A stretch of 64,000 nt of DNA. Origin: a virus. The position numbers were made by a program, and so were the translations under genes. Below the pieces are notes generated by a model, which saw nothing but the letters and a program-made list of their open reading frames with translations, made no database searches and was not told the origin of the DNA. The stretch spans positions 96,001 to 160,000 of the IMG/VR virus record IMGVR_UViG_3300032272_000002; one strand, 5' to 3'. Shown one piece after another: positions 37,265 to 46,107 of the stretch (its first letter is position 1; the number at the start of each line of letters is the position of its first letter).

Positions 37265-40200
37265 TGGTCGTGCCCCGACTCTAGTGTGTCACACCATAAG
37301 AAGCCTCGCGTATCACGCACGCACCAGACTGGCTTGTAAATACCTGGCTGAGTATATGCGTGGGTCGGATTGAAGGCTGTGGTTGTCTGCCCGTCATCAA
37401 ACAGTAGAAGCTGCGTGGAGACGCCGACGCCAGGCGGTAGTGAATCTACGTTAGTATCAAAGTCAACGATCAGTGAGGCGTTACCGGAACGAGGTACGCC
37501 AGAGATTGTCACGATGACCTCGGGGATGCCAGAGGCCACATTGATAATGCGTGTGGCTGAATTGTGAATACCGTTAGAGTCAATCGCTTCAAACTTAGCG
37601 ATGAAAATACCACTGCTGGCGTAGCGATGTTGGGTTGCATAACAGCCCGCCCCACTTTCAGCCACACTGACTGTTGGCGATAGGTCACCAAACGTCCAGC
37701 GTGTCTGCGTGATAGACTTGCCCTGTAGGCCAGACGCCTTACCGATGAAGTACTGGTTGAATGGAGGCACAAGTCCGGTAACGGTATCGCCAGGAATAAT
37801 GATCCCAACCTCAGGCGGCTGTTCCGACTGAAACACAATCAGCTTCGCATCGAAGTCAGATGTATTTTCCTGTCTTGCTTCTAAGATAGCATCGAAGTCT
37901 TGAGCGGCGATGGCCTGCACGGTATACGAGGTGTCAAATTGTAGGTTACCCTGAAGGCCACCGAGCATCCAACCACCAATCATTCCAGACGCCTGAATAC
38001 TACCTTGGATATAGCCGCCCAAGATGCCACTTCCGGGGGTAGAGCCAACAACGTATCCACCGATCATCCCAGAACCAACATCGCCACCACGCATCAGGCC
38101 GCCGAAGACGCCAGAGACAATCTCAGAGCCCGTTAGGTAACCACCAATATGGCCAGAGCCAAAATCAAGACCTTGAACATAAGCACCGATATGACCAGTA
38201 CCAAATACAACACCGGAAACAAAGCCGCCAATAATGCCGCTTACTTGAATAGATCCATCTACGAATCCACCAACAATACCTGACCCAGTGTCTTGCCCCT
38301 GTAAATAACCAGCAACAATACCAGAACCAGTATCTTGACCATGAACATAGCCACCAATAATACCGCTTGTCTCAGTGCCTACTGCGTTGTCAATACCGTT
38401 CATCGCAATGTATCTTACTTCGGGCTCTGTTAATACACGAGAGAAGTAACATACGTCTGTAAATACAGATTCCAAATCTGCCATGTTTGTTTGAAAGAAC
38501 GTCCAGGGCGTCGTTTCCGACTGTTGATGCGTTTTGAATGTAATCATCCTATGTGCTGGATTCAGTGGCACCTGAGGACGAATAGGAAGTCCATTAAATG
38601 GATTTTGTAATTGTTCTCCATCTGAAGCGTATGCATTAACTTTTTGTTGGTCAACAAGTACGCCATTTAAATACATGCGTAATCCACTGCCTTGATTTGG
38701 CTGAGGATCATAAACCCAACAATAGTGATCCCAAAAAGCTACACTTGGAGAAACTGACTGCCCCTGAGAGTATGTATTAAATGATCTTAGATCACTTGGC
38801 GAGTATGTGAATGGTACAACTTGAGCAGTAATCTGACCAGACTTAGAAGTATTATTACCAGTATCTAGGTACATATTACCACCAAGTGAAATGGTCATCT
38901 TATATGATTCGTTGTCATCGCTATAGATTGCCCATCCACGATCAGGTGAGCGGTCAGTAGCAGTAATAGTACCAGCCGTTGTGCTTGTTAGGGCACCATA
39001 GCACATAAATACATCAGCACCATTATTCGGCAAAGCAAAATTTCGTTTCGCCATTAGGAATCCAACAGAGAACCCCTCGTATGGTGTATCAAACGCTGCT
39101 CCAGACACGGCAAAAATAGGCAACTGATCCGTGGAATTAGCAGTTAGAGCAGAATCACTTTGAAAATGAAAGCCACTACACTGTACGCCCAGGTCTGAGT
39201 TGAGGTGAGGGCCGGGAATAGCACGAACAAGTTCTGCCGTTTCTACGCCCGTTTGTTCATTCTCCCAATAACGCTGAGCAATCGCGTCTAAATGATTAGC
39301 CTTAAAGCTTAGGTCCGTTGTGCCAGAGCCACCAGGGCTCTGAGTCATCTGGCCAACGTTTCCATCAAAACCATTAAATCTCCAGTAGCCTTCTAAATTA
39401 CTATCGGCAATACTAACTTGTGTTGTTGGAAGCTGTGAAACAAAACCAGGAATAGATGGATTCTGAATACCACTAACAGCTAGTGCTTCTACTTCGCTCT
39501 TTTCGAAAATACCACGCATGATAAAAATTTCACGCATGTAAATTTCACCTAAGCCAGCATCATCATCAACCGCCTCAATAATACTATCAGTACCCGCGTA
39601 GCCACCAAACTGCGGCAGCCAATTTGCCGTAGTGCCTGGTAAGGTAATATCTGACCAAAGATCTAAATCAGTAGCAGGACCACGACGAGCATTTACCTTT
39701 TCTCCATCAATCCAAAGCGTAATGTCAATAGGAGCCGAACCAATAGTATACTGATTAAATGCATATGGCTCCGGAAACTTCATGTGGAATAAAACCTTAT
39801 TAGGAATTCCATATGATAATGTTCCTGAAATCAGAGGTTCGTGTCCTGCGGCAGAATCTGTATTACGTGACGCAAAAACAATGGTAACGCCAGATGGTCC
39901 CGTCAAAGCATCAGCTCCTGCCGGATCTGGGTCAGTCGCATGAATGGATGTTAACATCGCATACAATTCACCATCCGAAGTGCCATCGCCCATGTCTCCT
40001 ATATTGAAAATACGAGAATTGAAAAATCTTTGCTGGAGGTTGTCTGTTTGATCTGACATTTCAAGTGGCTGAATATTACCACTCGGCGTCACTTCGAATG
40101 AAACTAACCACTCGTGCATACTCTGTGGTTGCAATACCGGCGACTCTGTAGCGGGACGATAACGGGCCGACAAATTAAACGGCGTATTCCGAACCGTGGC

Positions 40201-42345
40201 ATTATTAGTATTATTAAAACTAGCAAATGTCGAAAAACCCTGCGTACAGAAAACGCCAGAAGTGATGCCTAAGTTGCCAAACGTCTGTTGAAGCTCGTCT
40301 GGTGCTCGTGTTTCACCAGTAAATAAATCAGTATATGCTGTACCATCATTACGAAAAATAGTCTGGTCATTATTGTGCGGGAAAACTCTATCCCATTTAG
40401 TTTCACTATGACCTCGAACCAAATGTCCAAGCACAGGAGACATAGAGCGTGCTCTATCTTCTGATGCAAACACATCGCCTAAATCAAATGTGTCACAAGG
40501 CCAATAACCAAGCAGGCGAGGATCGTGCGGGGTTCTCCATAGCGACGATGTAGTAATACCGCTTTGAGCCATTGCACGCATTTCATCAGCACGTACTGGT
40601 CTGGATAAAACTGCGGTAGCACCAATAGTAGAGCCAACACCGCCATCTCCAAACACGCCCTTGCTAGTTGCACTGTTTTGCAGATCATCTGTGACGCCAT
40701 TCATGAACATGAGCGGATATCCACTACCGGCCAATTTATATAGCTGATCCTGTAAATCAAATTCTAATGTGCCACTTGCTGCTTCATACCCATCAACATA
40801 AAGAGCAACACCCATACTAGCTCGATCATAAATAAAACCGTAATGAACATCCACGCCACGAGTCATGTCCCTGCCCTCAGCACGCATTAGGACACTATCT
40901 TCACCAAAGCCCCTAGGCCATACTTCTGCCGTTACATGGTCACCACCATTGAAGGGGAAATAAGATAGGGCAAATCCCATTGAGGCCCCGGTAAGGCTCG
41001 TTGTCGTTCCAGAGGAATTAATGGAGGTGCCTACAGAACCCCAGCTAAACATCATGCACTCATCACGACCATTTGTTACGCCGCGAAGCTGAAAACGACC
41101 GGCAATCGTAAAGCCACCAGCGGCTTCTGCAATATCATAGCAAGCACCACTTGGCATTGCTAATTGATCGGAAGCTATAGAAGCATTAAAGTTTCTACTA
41201 GTGTTAAACGGTCCAGGGGCATTAGTCCACATGTTCTGATCGCCCGGATCTAATTGACTAGTTAAGTTGTAATGATTTGCACTAGCATCTACTGTGATAT
41301 AATTTTTACCTTCATAATAAGCCACAAGATTAGAGTCAGTAATCTCAATAGCTGTATTATGATCGTGTAAACCAATATCATATTGCAGGCCACCGCATTG
41401 GTGTAAGTCTAGTACTTCAGAGTCGCTTAAGACACGACGGAAATGATAGACACCAGATACTAAATGACCCCAGCCGCTAGCAAACTCATAAGAATCGGTA
41501 CTAGAAGCTCCATCGGTACCGGCCCCAAGGACAAGAGGATAATTACCAACAATAGAACCTAGTACTAAGTCTTGAGTAGTTGTAGCCTGTGTTACTAGAT
41601 TCCCATCTTTATAGAATTTAATAACATTGAAGTCACTATCAACATATTCAAACGAAAATGTTAAGTGAGTATATCGTCCAGCCTCAATGGGCGAACTCAT
41701 TCTAGCAACTTCGCCAAAAGCAACATCTACGTGTGCGTAACCCGCCAAAGTATGAGGGCCACCAAATTCAGAATTGTTAAATTGAGCAGCACCAGCAAGC
41801 TCACCTGATACGCCAATCCACCAACCGATATCAGCCCCAAATTGTCCCATAACAGGATGAACACGAGCATTAAGTTTCTCCCACGGGTCTGTGGCACTGG
41901 GGAGCCATCCAGCAGACCCAACAACGTCAGTCCAACCGTCGCTCTGTGGGTATACCCAAACACCAGCAGTAAAGCCACTACCAGCAATAGTTTTACTTAG
42001 CGTATCATTTCTGTGGTGTCGAGAGCCATTACCTAAGACTAAAACATTAGAAAACGGATCACTCGCACCGGAAACAATTCTATCGTTTTCACCTCGTAAC
42101 TTTAAACCACGATAAGTAACGCCTGATTCTAGATTGAAAACAATCTCTTGACCAGGCCATGGGCTACTCATGGTATCAGTGGCGGGAGTGCCTTGTGAGT
42201 CGGCAACATGAACGTGCATATCAAATGATAGTCCACTGGGATGACCGGCCCGAGCGGGAGAATAGTTCTTCCACGACGGAGCACCACTAGGCTCATGCAG
42301 AGGCCAGAAACCAACCAGGCTACCATCGTCGATTAAGTTAGACAT
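37261..42345 (-). CDS. Large virion adhesin/fibre: four LamG-like (ConA) modules, a 14-aa repeat stalk and two PKD-like domains
   Basis: Module starts DxxLxGyW, module ends RvlxxxEv; PKD WTFGD..HRYASSG and FDDG..NPTHAYTQPGIY. Confidence 0.75.
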   Translation of the reverse strand: MSNLIDDGSLVGFWPLHEPSGAPSWKNYSPARAGHPSGLSFDMHVHVADSQGTPATDTMSSPWPGQEIVFNLESGVTYRGLKLRGENDRIVSGASDPFSNVLVLGNGSRHHRNDTLSKTIAGSGFTAGVWVYPQSDGWTDVVGSAGWLPSATDPWEKLNARVHPVMGQFGADIGWWIGVSGELAGAAQFNNSEFGGPHTLAGYAHVDVAFGEVARMSSPIEAGRYTHLTFSFEYVDSDFNVIKFYKDGNLVTQATTTQDLVLGSIVGNYPLVLGAGTDGASSTDSYEFASGWGHLVSGVYHFRRVLSDSEVLDLHQCGGLQYDIGLHDHNTAIEITDSNLVAYYEGKNYITVDASANHYNLTSQLDPGDQNMWTNAPGPFNTSRNFNASIASDQLAMPSGACYDIAEAAGGFTIAGRFQLRGVTNGRDECMMFSWGSVGTSINSSGTTTSLTGASMGFALSYFPFNGGDHVTAEVWPRGFGEDSVLMRAEGRDMTRGVDVHYGFIYDRASMGVALYVDGYEAASGTLEFDLQDQLYKLAGSGYPLMFMNGVTDDLQNSATSKGVFGDGGVGSTIGATAVLSRPVRADEMRAMAQSGITTSSLWRTPHDPRLLGYWPCDTFDLGDVFASEDRARSMSPVLGHLVRGHSETKWDRVFPHNNDQTIFRNDGTAYTDLFTGETRAPDELQQTFGNLGITSGVFCTQGFSTFASFNNTNNATVRNTPFNLSARYRPATESPVLQPQSMHEWLVSFEVTPSGNIQPLEMSDQTDNLQQRFFNSRIFNIGDMGDGTSDGELYAMLTSIHATDPDPAGADALTGPSGVTIVFASRNTDSAAGHEPLISGTLSYGIPNKVLFHMKFPEPYAFNQYTIGSAPIDITLWIDGEKVNARRGPATDLDLWSDITLPGTTANWLPQFGGYAGTDSIIEAVDDDAGLGEIYMREIFIMRGIFEKSEVEALAVSGIQNPSIPGFVSQLPTTQVSIADSNLEGYWRFNGFDGNVGQMTQSPGGSGTTDLSFKANHLDAIAQRYWENEQTGVETAELVRAIPGPHLNSDLGVQCSGFHFQSDSALTANSTDQLPIFAVSGAAFDTPYEGFSVGFLMAKRNFALPNNGADVFMCYGALTSTTAGTITATDRSPDRGWAIYSDDNESYKMTISLGGNMYLDTGNNTSKSGQITAQVVPFTYSPSDLRSFNTYSQGQSVSPSVAFWDHYCWVYDPQPNQGSGLRMYLNGVLVDQQKVNAYASDGEQLQNPFNGLPIRPQVPLNPAHRMITFKTHQQSETTPWTFFQTNMADLESVFTDVCYFSRVLTEPEVRYIAMNGIDNAVGTETSGIIGGYVHGQDTGSGIVAGYLQGQDTGSGIVGGFVDGSIQVSGIIGGFVSGVVFGTGHIGAYVQGLDFGSGHIGGYLTGSEIVSGVFGGLMRGGDVGSGMIGGYVVGSTPGSGILGGYIQGSIQASGMIGGWMLGGLQGNLQFDTSYTVQAIAAQDFDAILEARQENTSDFDAKLIVFQSEQPPEVGIIIPGDTVTGLVPPFNQYFIGKASGLQGKSITQTRWTFGDLSPTVSVAESGAGCYATQHRYASSGIFIAKFEAIDSNGIHNSATRIINVASGIPEVIVTISGVPRSGNASLIVDFDTNVDSLPPGVGVSTQLLLFDDGQTTTAFNPTHAYTQPGIYKPVWCVRDTRGFLWCDTLESGHDQ
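37960..38376 (-). repeat. About 10 tandem 14-aa repeats xxx[GVA][ST]G[IHMV][IVFL][GA][GA][YFLW]xxG (degenerate at DNA level)
   Basis: QDTGSGIVAGYLQG, QDTGSGIVGGFVDG, SIQVSGIIGGFVSG, VVFGTGHIGAYVQG, LDFGSGHIGGYLTG and others. Confidence 0.9.
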
Positions 42346-42823
42346 TCACTTGCTCCATGACCTTGTGTTCTCCTGTAAACGGAGAAATACGATAACGCTT
42401 GACGACGTTGCCGCCACCATCAATCACGTCGAGGTTAACAAATAGATAGCGAGCATCTTCGATAGGATTCTTGCTCACCAACCATCCGTGACTCTTCCCT
42501 TCCATGTCTAGAGGATAGTACTCTGTAATCCAGCAATGCAAATCTGCTGGTGTCCAGTCCTCTGGCGACAATAGGGCGTCACCCTCAAAAGTGTCTTCTA
42601 GTGTACGGAACGCTTTGAAGCTACAGCGGTCGGGGTCCTCGTGAGGGCCTGGTAAATGAGTGATAAAACCCTCGTACACTACGACATCATTAGAGCCCGT
42701 GCCACCTAGGCGGAATGTCTCATCATCAGATTTTTCACATCTGATACGACGCTCCTGCCCAAAGTGGGTCTTAATATATAACGTGCCGACGTTACCGTCG
42801 TGCTCAAATTTCGCAGTTACCAT
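42338..42823 (-). CDS. Hypothetical protein
   Basis: 161-aa ORF with GGAG/AAGGT RBS and upstream promoter motif. Confidence 0.75.
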   Translation of the reverse strand: MVTAKFEHDGNVGTLYIKTHFGQERRIRCEKSDDETFRLGGTGSNDVVVYEGFITHLPGPHEDPDRCSFKAFRTLEDTFEGDALLSPEDWTPADLHCWITEYYPLDMEGKSHGWLVSKNPIEDARYLFVNLDVIDGGGNVVKRYRISPFTGEHKVMEQVNV

Positions 42824-42867
42824 TTTTACCTTACTCCCGAGACTAAACCGAAGCTATGCCTCGTAAG

Positions 42868-42879
42868 AGATTACACTAA
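42868..42879 (-). promoter_or_regulatory. Putative late promoter motif TTAGTG-TAATCT
   Basis: Intergenic copy directly after a terminator U-tract. Confidence 0.6.
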
Positions 42880-42911
42880 AAAAGCCGCCTGGTCGCAAGA
42901 CCAGACGGCTT
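42878..42911 (-). terminator. Rho-independent terminator
   Basis: AAGCCGTCTGGTC-TTGC-GACCAGGCGGCTT followed by TTTT. Confidence 0.9.
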
Positions 42912-42938
42912 AGATTATGAGCCAAAAGGCTCAGTCAC

Positions 42939-43124
42939 TTAGGTAAGCAGAGTGAACGGCTCGCCAGCAGTGACGGTCACACCAAGATTCTGAACTGACT
43001 GAACTAAGCCGTGAAGGGCAGTGCCCGTAACCGCACGGTCAGTGCGATATTCCAGCGTAGTACTCCAGCCCCAAAGAACTTGGTTGACGTTGTTAGTACT
43101 AGATGTAGCGTTAAAAGTTGCCAT
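42939..43124 (-). CDS. Small (61 aa) probable virion protein
   Basis: Perfect TAAGGAGG RBS, with its own promoter motif and terminator. Confidence 0.75.
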   Translation of the reverse strand: MATFNATSSTNNVNQVLWGWSTTLEYRTDRAVTGTALHGLVQSVQNLGVTVTAGEPFTLLT

Positions 43125-43191
43125 TTTGTCAACCTCCTTAAAATTATCTACGAACGTTCGGATATATGTGGTCGCAAAACGACCCTGAAAG

Positions 43192-43203
43192 AGAATACAC
43201 TAA
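43192..43203 (-). promoter_or_regulatory. Putative late promoter motif TTAGTG-TATTCT
   Basis: Intergenic copy. Confidence 0.6.
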
Positions 43204-43204
43204 C

Positions 43205-43849
43205 TTAAGGTGCTCCGAACTGTAAAAGGTAGTCGTTGTTATAAAAATTAAACAACAGACCTAGACGCACGATACCTGAGCCACAGATGCCATACTCGCC
43301 CAGCGGGAATCCCCACGGAACAACTAAATTTAAATACACAAACTGAGAGGCATTCTGGTCGTCATTACTGATGAGAACCTGGGCCCCATCCTGCCTGATG
43401 ACATTCGGATTAGCTGGAATACTCGTCGTGAGACGTTCACCCTCTCCCGAGCCCCACACTGGGTTGGGCTGCCAGGTGCCACTCGCACGAAACTGAAGAA
43501 AGGCGGGATCTTGACCAACGCTATTGGCTGGGATAGTAAGTCCTGTATCGTCTGCGAGATATAGCTTTAAATCAGAAATACCAGAACCAGTGCCCCCGAC
43601 ACCAATCGTAAGGGCAGTAATCTTAGATCCCTTATTATCGGGTGGTACGCCATTAACGATCTCAAATTTTAACCCTTCGAATACGATGGTTCCTGATGTG
43701 CCACCTGGGTTTGCCGACGACGCAGTAGAGCAGCCTAGGGCCACCCTCTGTTTGAACGCAAATGAGCCACCCGGAATATGCCGCGTCCCAACAGGACTGG
43801 CAACCTCCGCTGTGTCATACTCAAAGATACGTACGTCAGGCTGTGTCAT
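43205..43849 (-). CDS. Putative tail/baseplate structural protein (paralog of 44030..44590)
   Basis: Shared PDV..., SQ[FY]VxLxxxVxxxxPxGxYGxxG.G pattern. Confidence 0.65.
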   Translation of the reverse strand: MTQPDVRIFEYDTAEVASPVGTRHIPGGSFAFKQRVALGCSTASSANPGGTSGTIVFEGLKFEIVNGVPPDNKGSKITALTIGVGGTGSGISDLKLYLADDTGLTIPANSVGQDPAFLQFRASGTWQPNPVWGSGEGERLTTSIPANPNVIRQDGAQVLISNDDQNASQFVYLNLVVPWGFPLGEYGICGSGIVRLGLLFNFYNNDYLLQFGAP

Positions 43850-44043
43850 TCTTTAATTACGTGCTTTTTCTCTAGGTCTAGCTGTAGTGCTTGAGGAACA
43901 GGCATCCAACGCCCGGCGAGACGCCGCACGAAAACAACTCGATCTCCTACGACCATTGCTCGTACCCCCTTAGGAAGACAGTCTTTGGCCTTCTCTTCAC
44001 GGGTCTCTTCCACAGACTTTAAATTGATTTTATGAGAAGTCAT
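43846..44043 (-). CDS. Small hypothetical protein
   Basis: ATGA-coupled to the downstream gene. Likely start MTSHKINL at 44043. Confidence 0.55.
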   Translation of the reverse strand: MTSHKINLKSVEETREEKAKDCLPKGVRAMVVGDRVVFVRRLAGRWMPVPQALQLDLEKKHVIKE

Positions 44044-44590
44044 AGAATAACCTATATCTGAAGCTACCGGCTCCAGCTCCACCATATGTACCGACCGGAA
44101 CATTATTACTTACTTCAACTGCAAGGTGTACATACTGGCTCACATCATTGTCGAGCACACCACTCAGCCACGGCTGACCTAACGGGAACTGTGGCTCCTG
44201 AATAGTACCAGAAAGATTAGTCGTGTTGGGAACAACGGTCGGAGTATTGTCCGCAGATGGGGTAAGGGTTAAGCCTGGCTGGAAATGAATGTGCTTTTCT
44301 TCTAGGAATCGATATGTGCCAGCACCCCAGGCGGATGTACTAATAAGGAAGAACCTCATATTGAAGACGCCGCTGGCGTCACCAAAACTATTCACTCTGG
44401 CATACGTCAGCTTAGTATCTGTAATCGCACCAGATCCAGTAGTGTTGATACTGCCAAAATCTAGCTCTTCGGTTGCGGCAGTACCCAACAGCTTCAAGAA
44501 GCCAGCACCGCCACTCAGAATGTCGCGACTTCCCGAAGGGTCTGTGCTAGGGTCCTGCTGAATCCATTGTACGTCGGGAACGTTAACCAT
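44030..44590 (-). CDS. Putative tail/baseplate structural protein
   Basis: Beta-rich, paralog of 43205..43849. Confidence 0.65.
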   Translation of the reverse strand: MVNVPDVQWIQQDPSTDPSGSRDILSGGAGFLKLLGTAATEELDFGSINTTGSGAITDTKLTYARVNSFGDASGVFNMRFFLISTSAWGAGTYRFLEEKHIHFQPGLTLTPSADNTPTVVPNTTNLSGTIQEPQFPLGQPWLSGVLDNDVSQYVHLAVEVSNNVPVGTYGGAGAGSFRYRLFYDFS

Positions 44591-46104
44591 TATAGAGACC
44601 TCAGACTGATATCAGAGTTGACATCCGGCACGTTCGCCAATTCAACTGTGAAGGTAAATGATACTGTAGCATCACATGTTAGATCAGTGTCACTAAATGT
44701 CTGCTGTAATCCTCCGGGCGGAATTCGAATAGTGATGAAGTTGGCAGGGTTCGCATGAGCCGTCTTCAATCTGTTTAATTCATCTTGAACGAAGCTGATA
44801 GCACGGTTTGTATCCACGGTAGTATTGCCAGTATTTTTAGCCTGGACAGTACACTGAATAGCAATCGTGCCTTCAGATGTTGTTTTAATATCTTGAATAA
44901 TAGGGCCGAGCGAACGGAACGGAATAGCTTGGCTCGCCTGCACTCGTCCCGCCTCTGTGATCGCTACGCTACACGTTCTATTGGAAATGCCACTCGGTAG
45001 GTTAGCTGATGGGTCATCTGTATACGTTACAGAGAAACTGATTGTACCACGACACTTGTTCTGTGAAATGGAGAAAGCAGTAGGATTAACTACGTTCAGC
45101 CCGCTACCGCTTGGGTTATCCTTGTACTTAAGATATACGCCTGAAGCGTCAGATGGAAGGAGCGGCTTGATTTGATTGGTAAAGCCCGAGCAGGCTCGAT
45201 CAAATCCGAAACCACCCTCAAGACCAAAGCCTGGAGTAATCGTTCTACCAAGTCCTTGAACTGTTCCCTGCACTGTTACTGTGGCTACACCATCCTGGTC
45301 TTCATCGAATGACTCCGTACGAGCTGTGAAGTAAAATGGAACACCACTGACAATAGTAAATACCTCAGTGACAGAGTACGTGCCGTTGGCGATATCCGCC
45401 ACTTCTTCTCTCTGGACAGATACCTCAAAGACTGGGCCGCCTGCCGGATTAGATGGGTGGACGAGGCCGAAGAGTCCAGACGCATTAGGCTGCACAAAGC
45501 ATGGAAGCTGAATGGGCAGATTCTCGATGCCCAGCAGAGGCTTGACCGCAGCAAGGGCCTGCTCAAATTTGTCAGGCTCACCATCCGGCCCCTCGGCAGA
45601 TACTTGATGACTAACCTCTACAGTGCAGCTTTCACCGTCTTCTCTGAATGACCACTGATTGCTGAGGCTAGACGTAATTCCGCTGACACCGGACGCGGCA
45701 GTCAAATCCTCTAGTTCCACACTATAGTCAATACGGTTGACCTGGATGTCAGGGGCGATATTGAGTGAGCGAACCTTGGGCGTCAGGCCAGAGCAGATAA
45801 TCGTATCCTCTGCCAGAGTCTTGTTGCCAGGACCAGCAAGGATCAGGAAGTCTTGATCGTCAACTGAGAAAGCCGTGCGAAGCTGTTCTTGCTTCACGTA
45901 CATCTGCTCATAACTACCGGACGGTACAACTAGAATGCTACCAGTTAATGAAATAGATGTAACTACGCTAGTTCTAGTGCCAGCATCATTGAACTGAGGC
46001 TCCTCGGTAAAATCGACCAGCGGTGCAGGCGTAAGCTGACATCCGTTATAGATAACCTTAACGGCAGCTAGATTCGGAGTGTTAGCTTCTGAGAATACGT
46101 TCAT
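44590..46104 (-). CDS. Putative distal tail / baseplate protein
   Basis: Immediately downstream of the tape measure; repeated beta-strand pattern. Confidence 0.6.
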   Translation of the reverse strand: MNVFSEANTPNLAAVKVIYNGCQLTPAPLVDFTEEPQFNDAGTRTSVVTSISLTGSILVVPSGSYEQMYVKQEQLRTAFSVDDQDFLILAGPGNKTLAEDTIICSGLTPKVRSLNIAPDIQVNRIDYSVELEDLTAASGVSGITSSLSNQWSFREDGESCTVEVSHQVSAEGPDGEPDKFEQALAAVKPLLGIENLPIQLPCFVQPNASGLFGLVHPSNPAGGPVFEVSVQREEVADIANGTYSVTEVFTIVSGVPFYFTARTESFDEDQDGVATVTVQGTVQGLGRTITPGFGLEGGFGFDRACSGFTNQIKPLLPSDASGVYLKYKDNPSGSGLNVVNPTAFSISQNKCRGTISFSVTYTDDPSANLPSGISNRTCSVAITEAGRVQASQAIPFRSLGPIIQDIKTTSEGTIAIQCTVQAKNTGNTTVDTNRAISFVQDELNRLKTAHANPANFITIRIPPGGLQQTFSDTDLTCDATVSFTFTVELANVPDVNSDISLRSL

Positions 46105-46107
46105 TTG

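Noticed and set aside
37960-38376. CRISPR array or DGR repeat
   Set aside because: Periodicity is at protein level with degenerate codons. There are no identical DNA repeats, spacers or reverse transcriptase.
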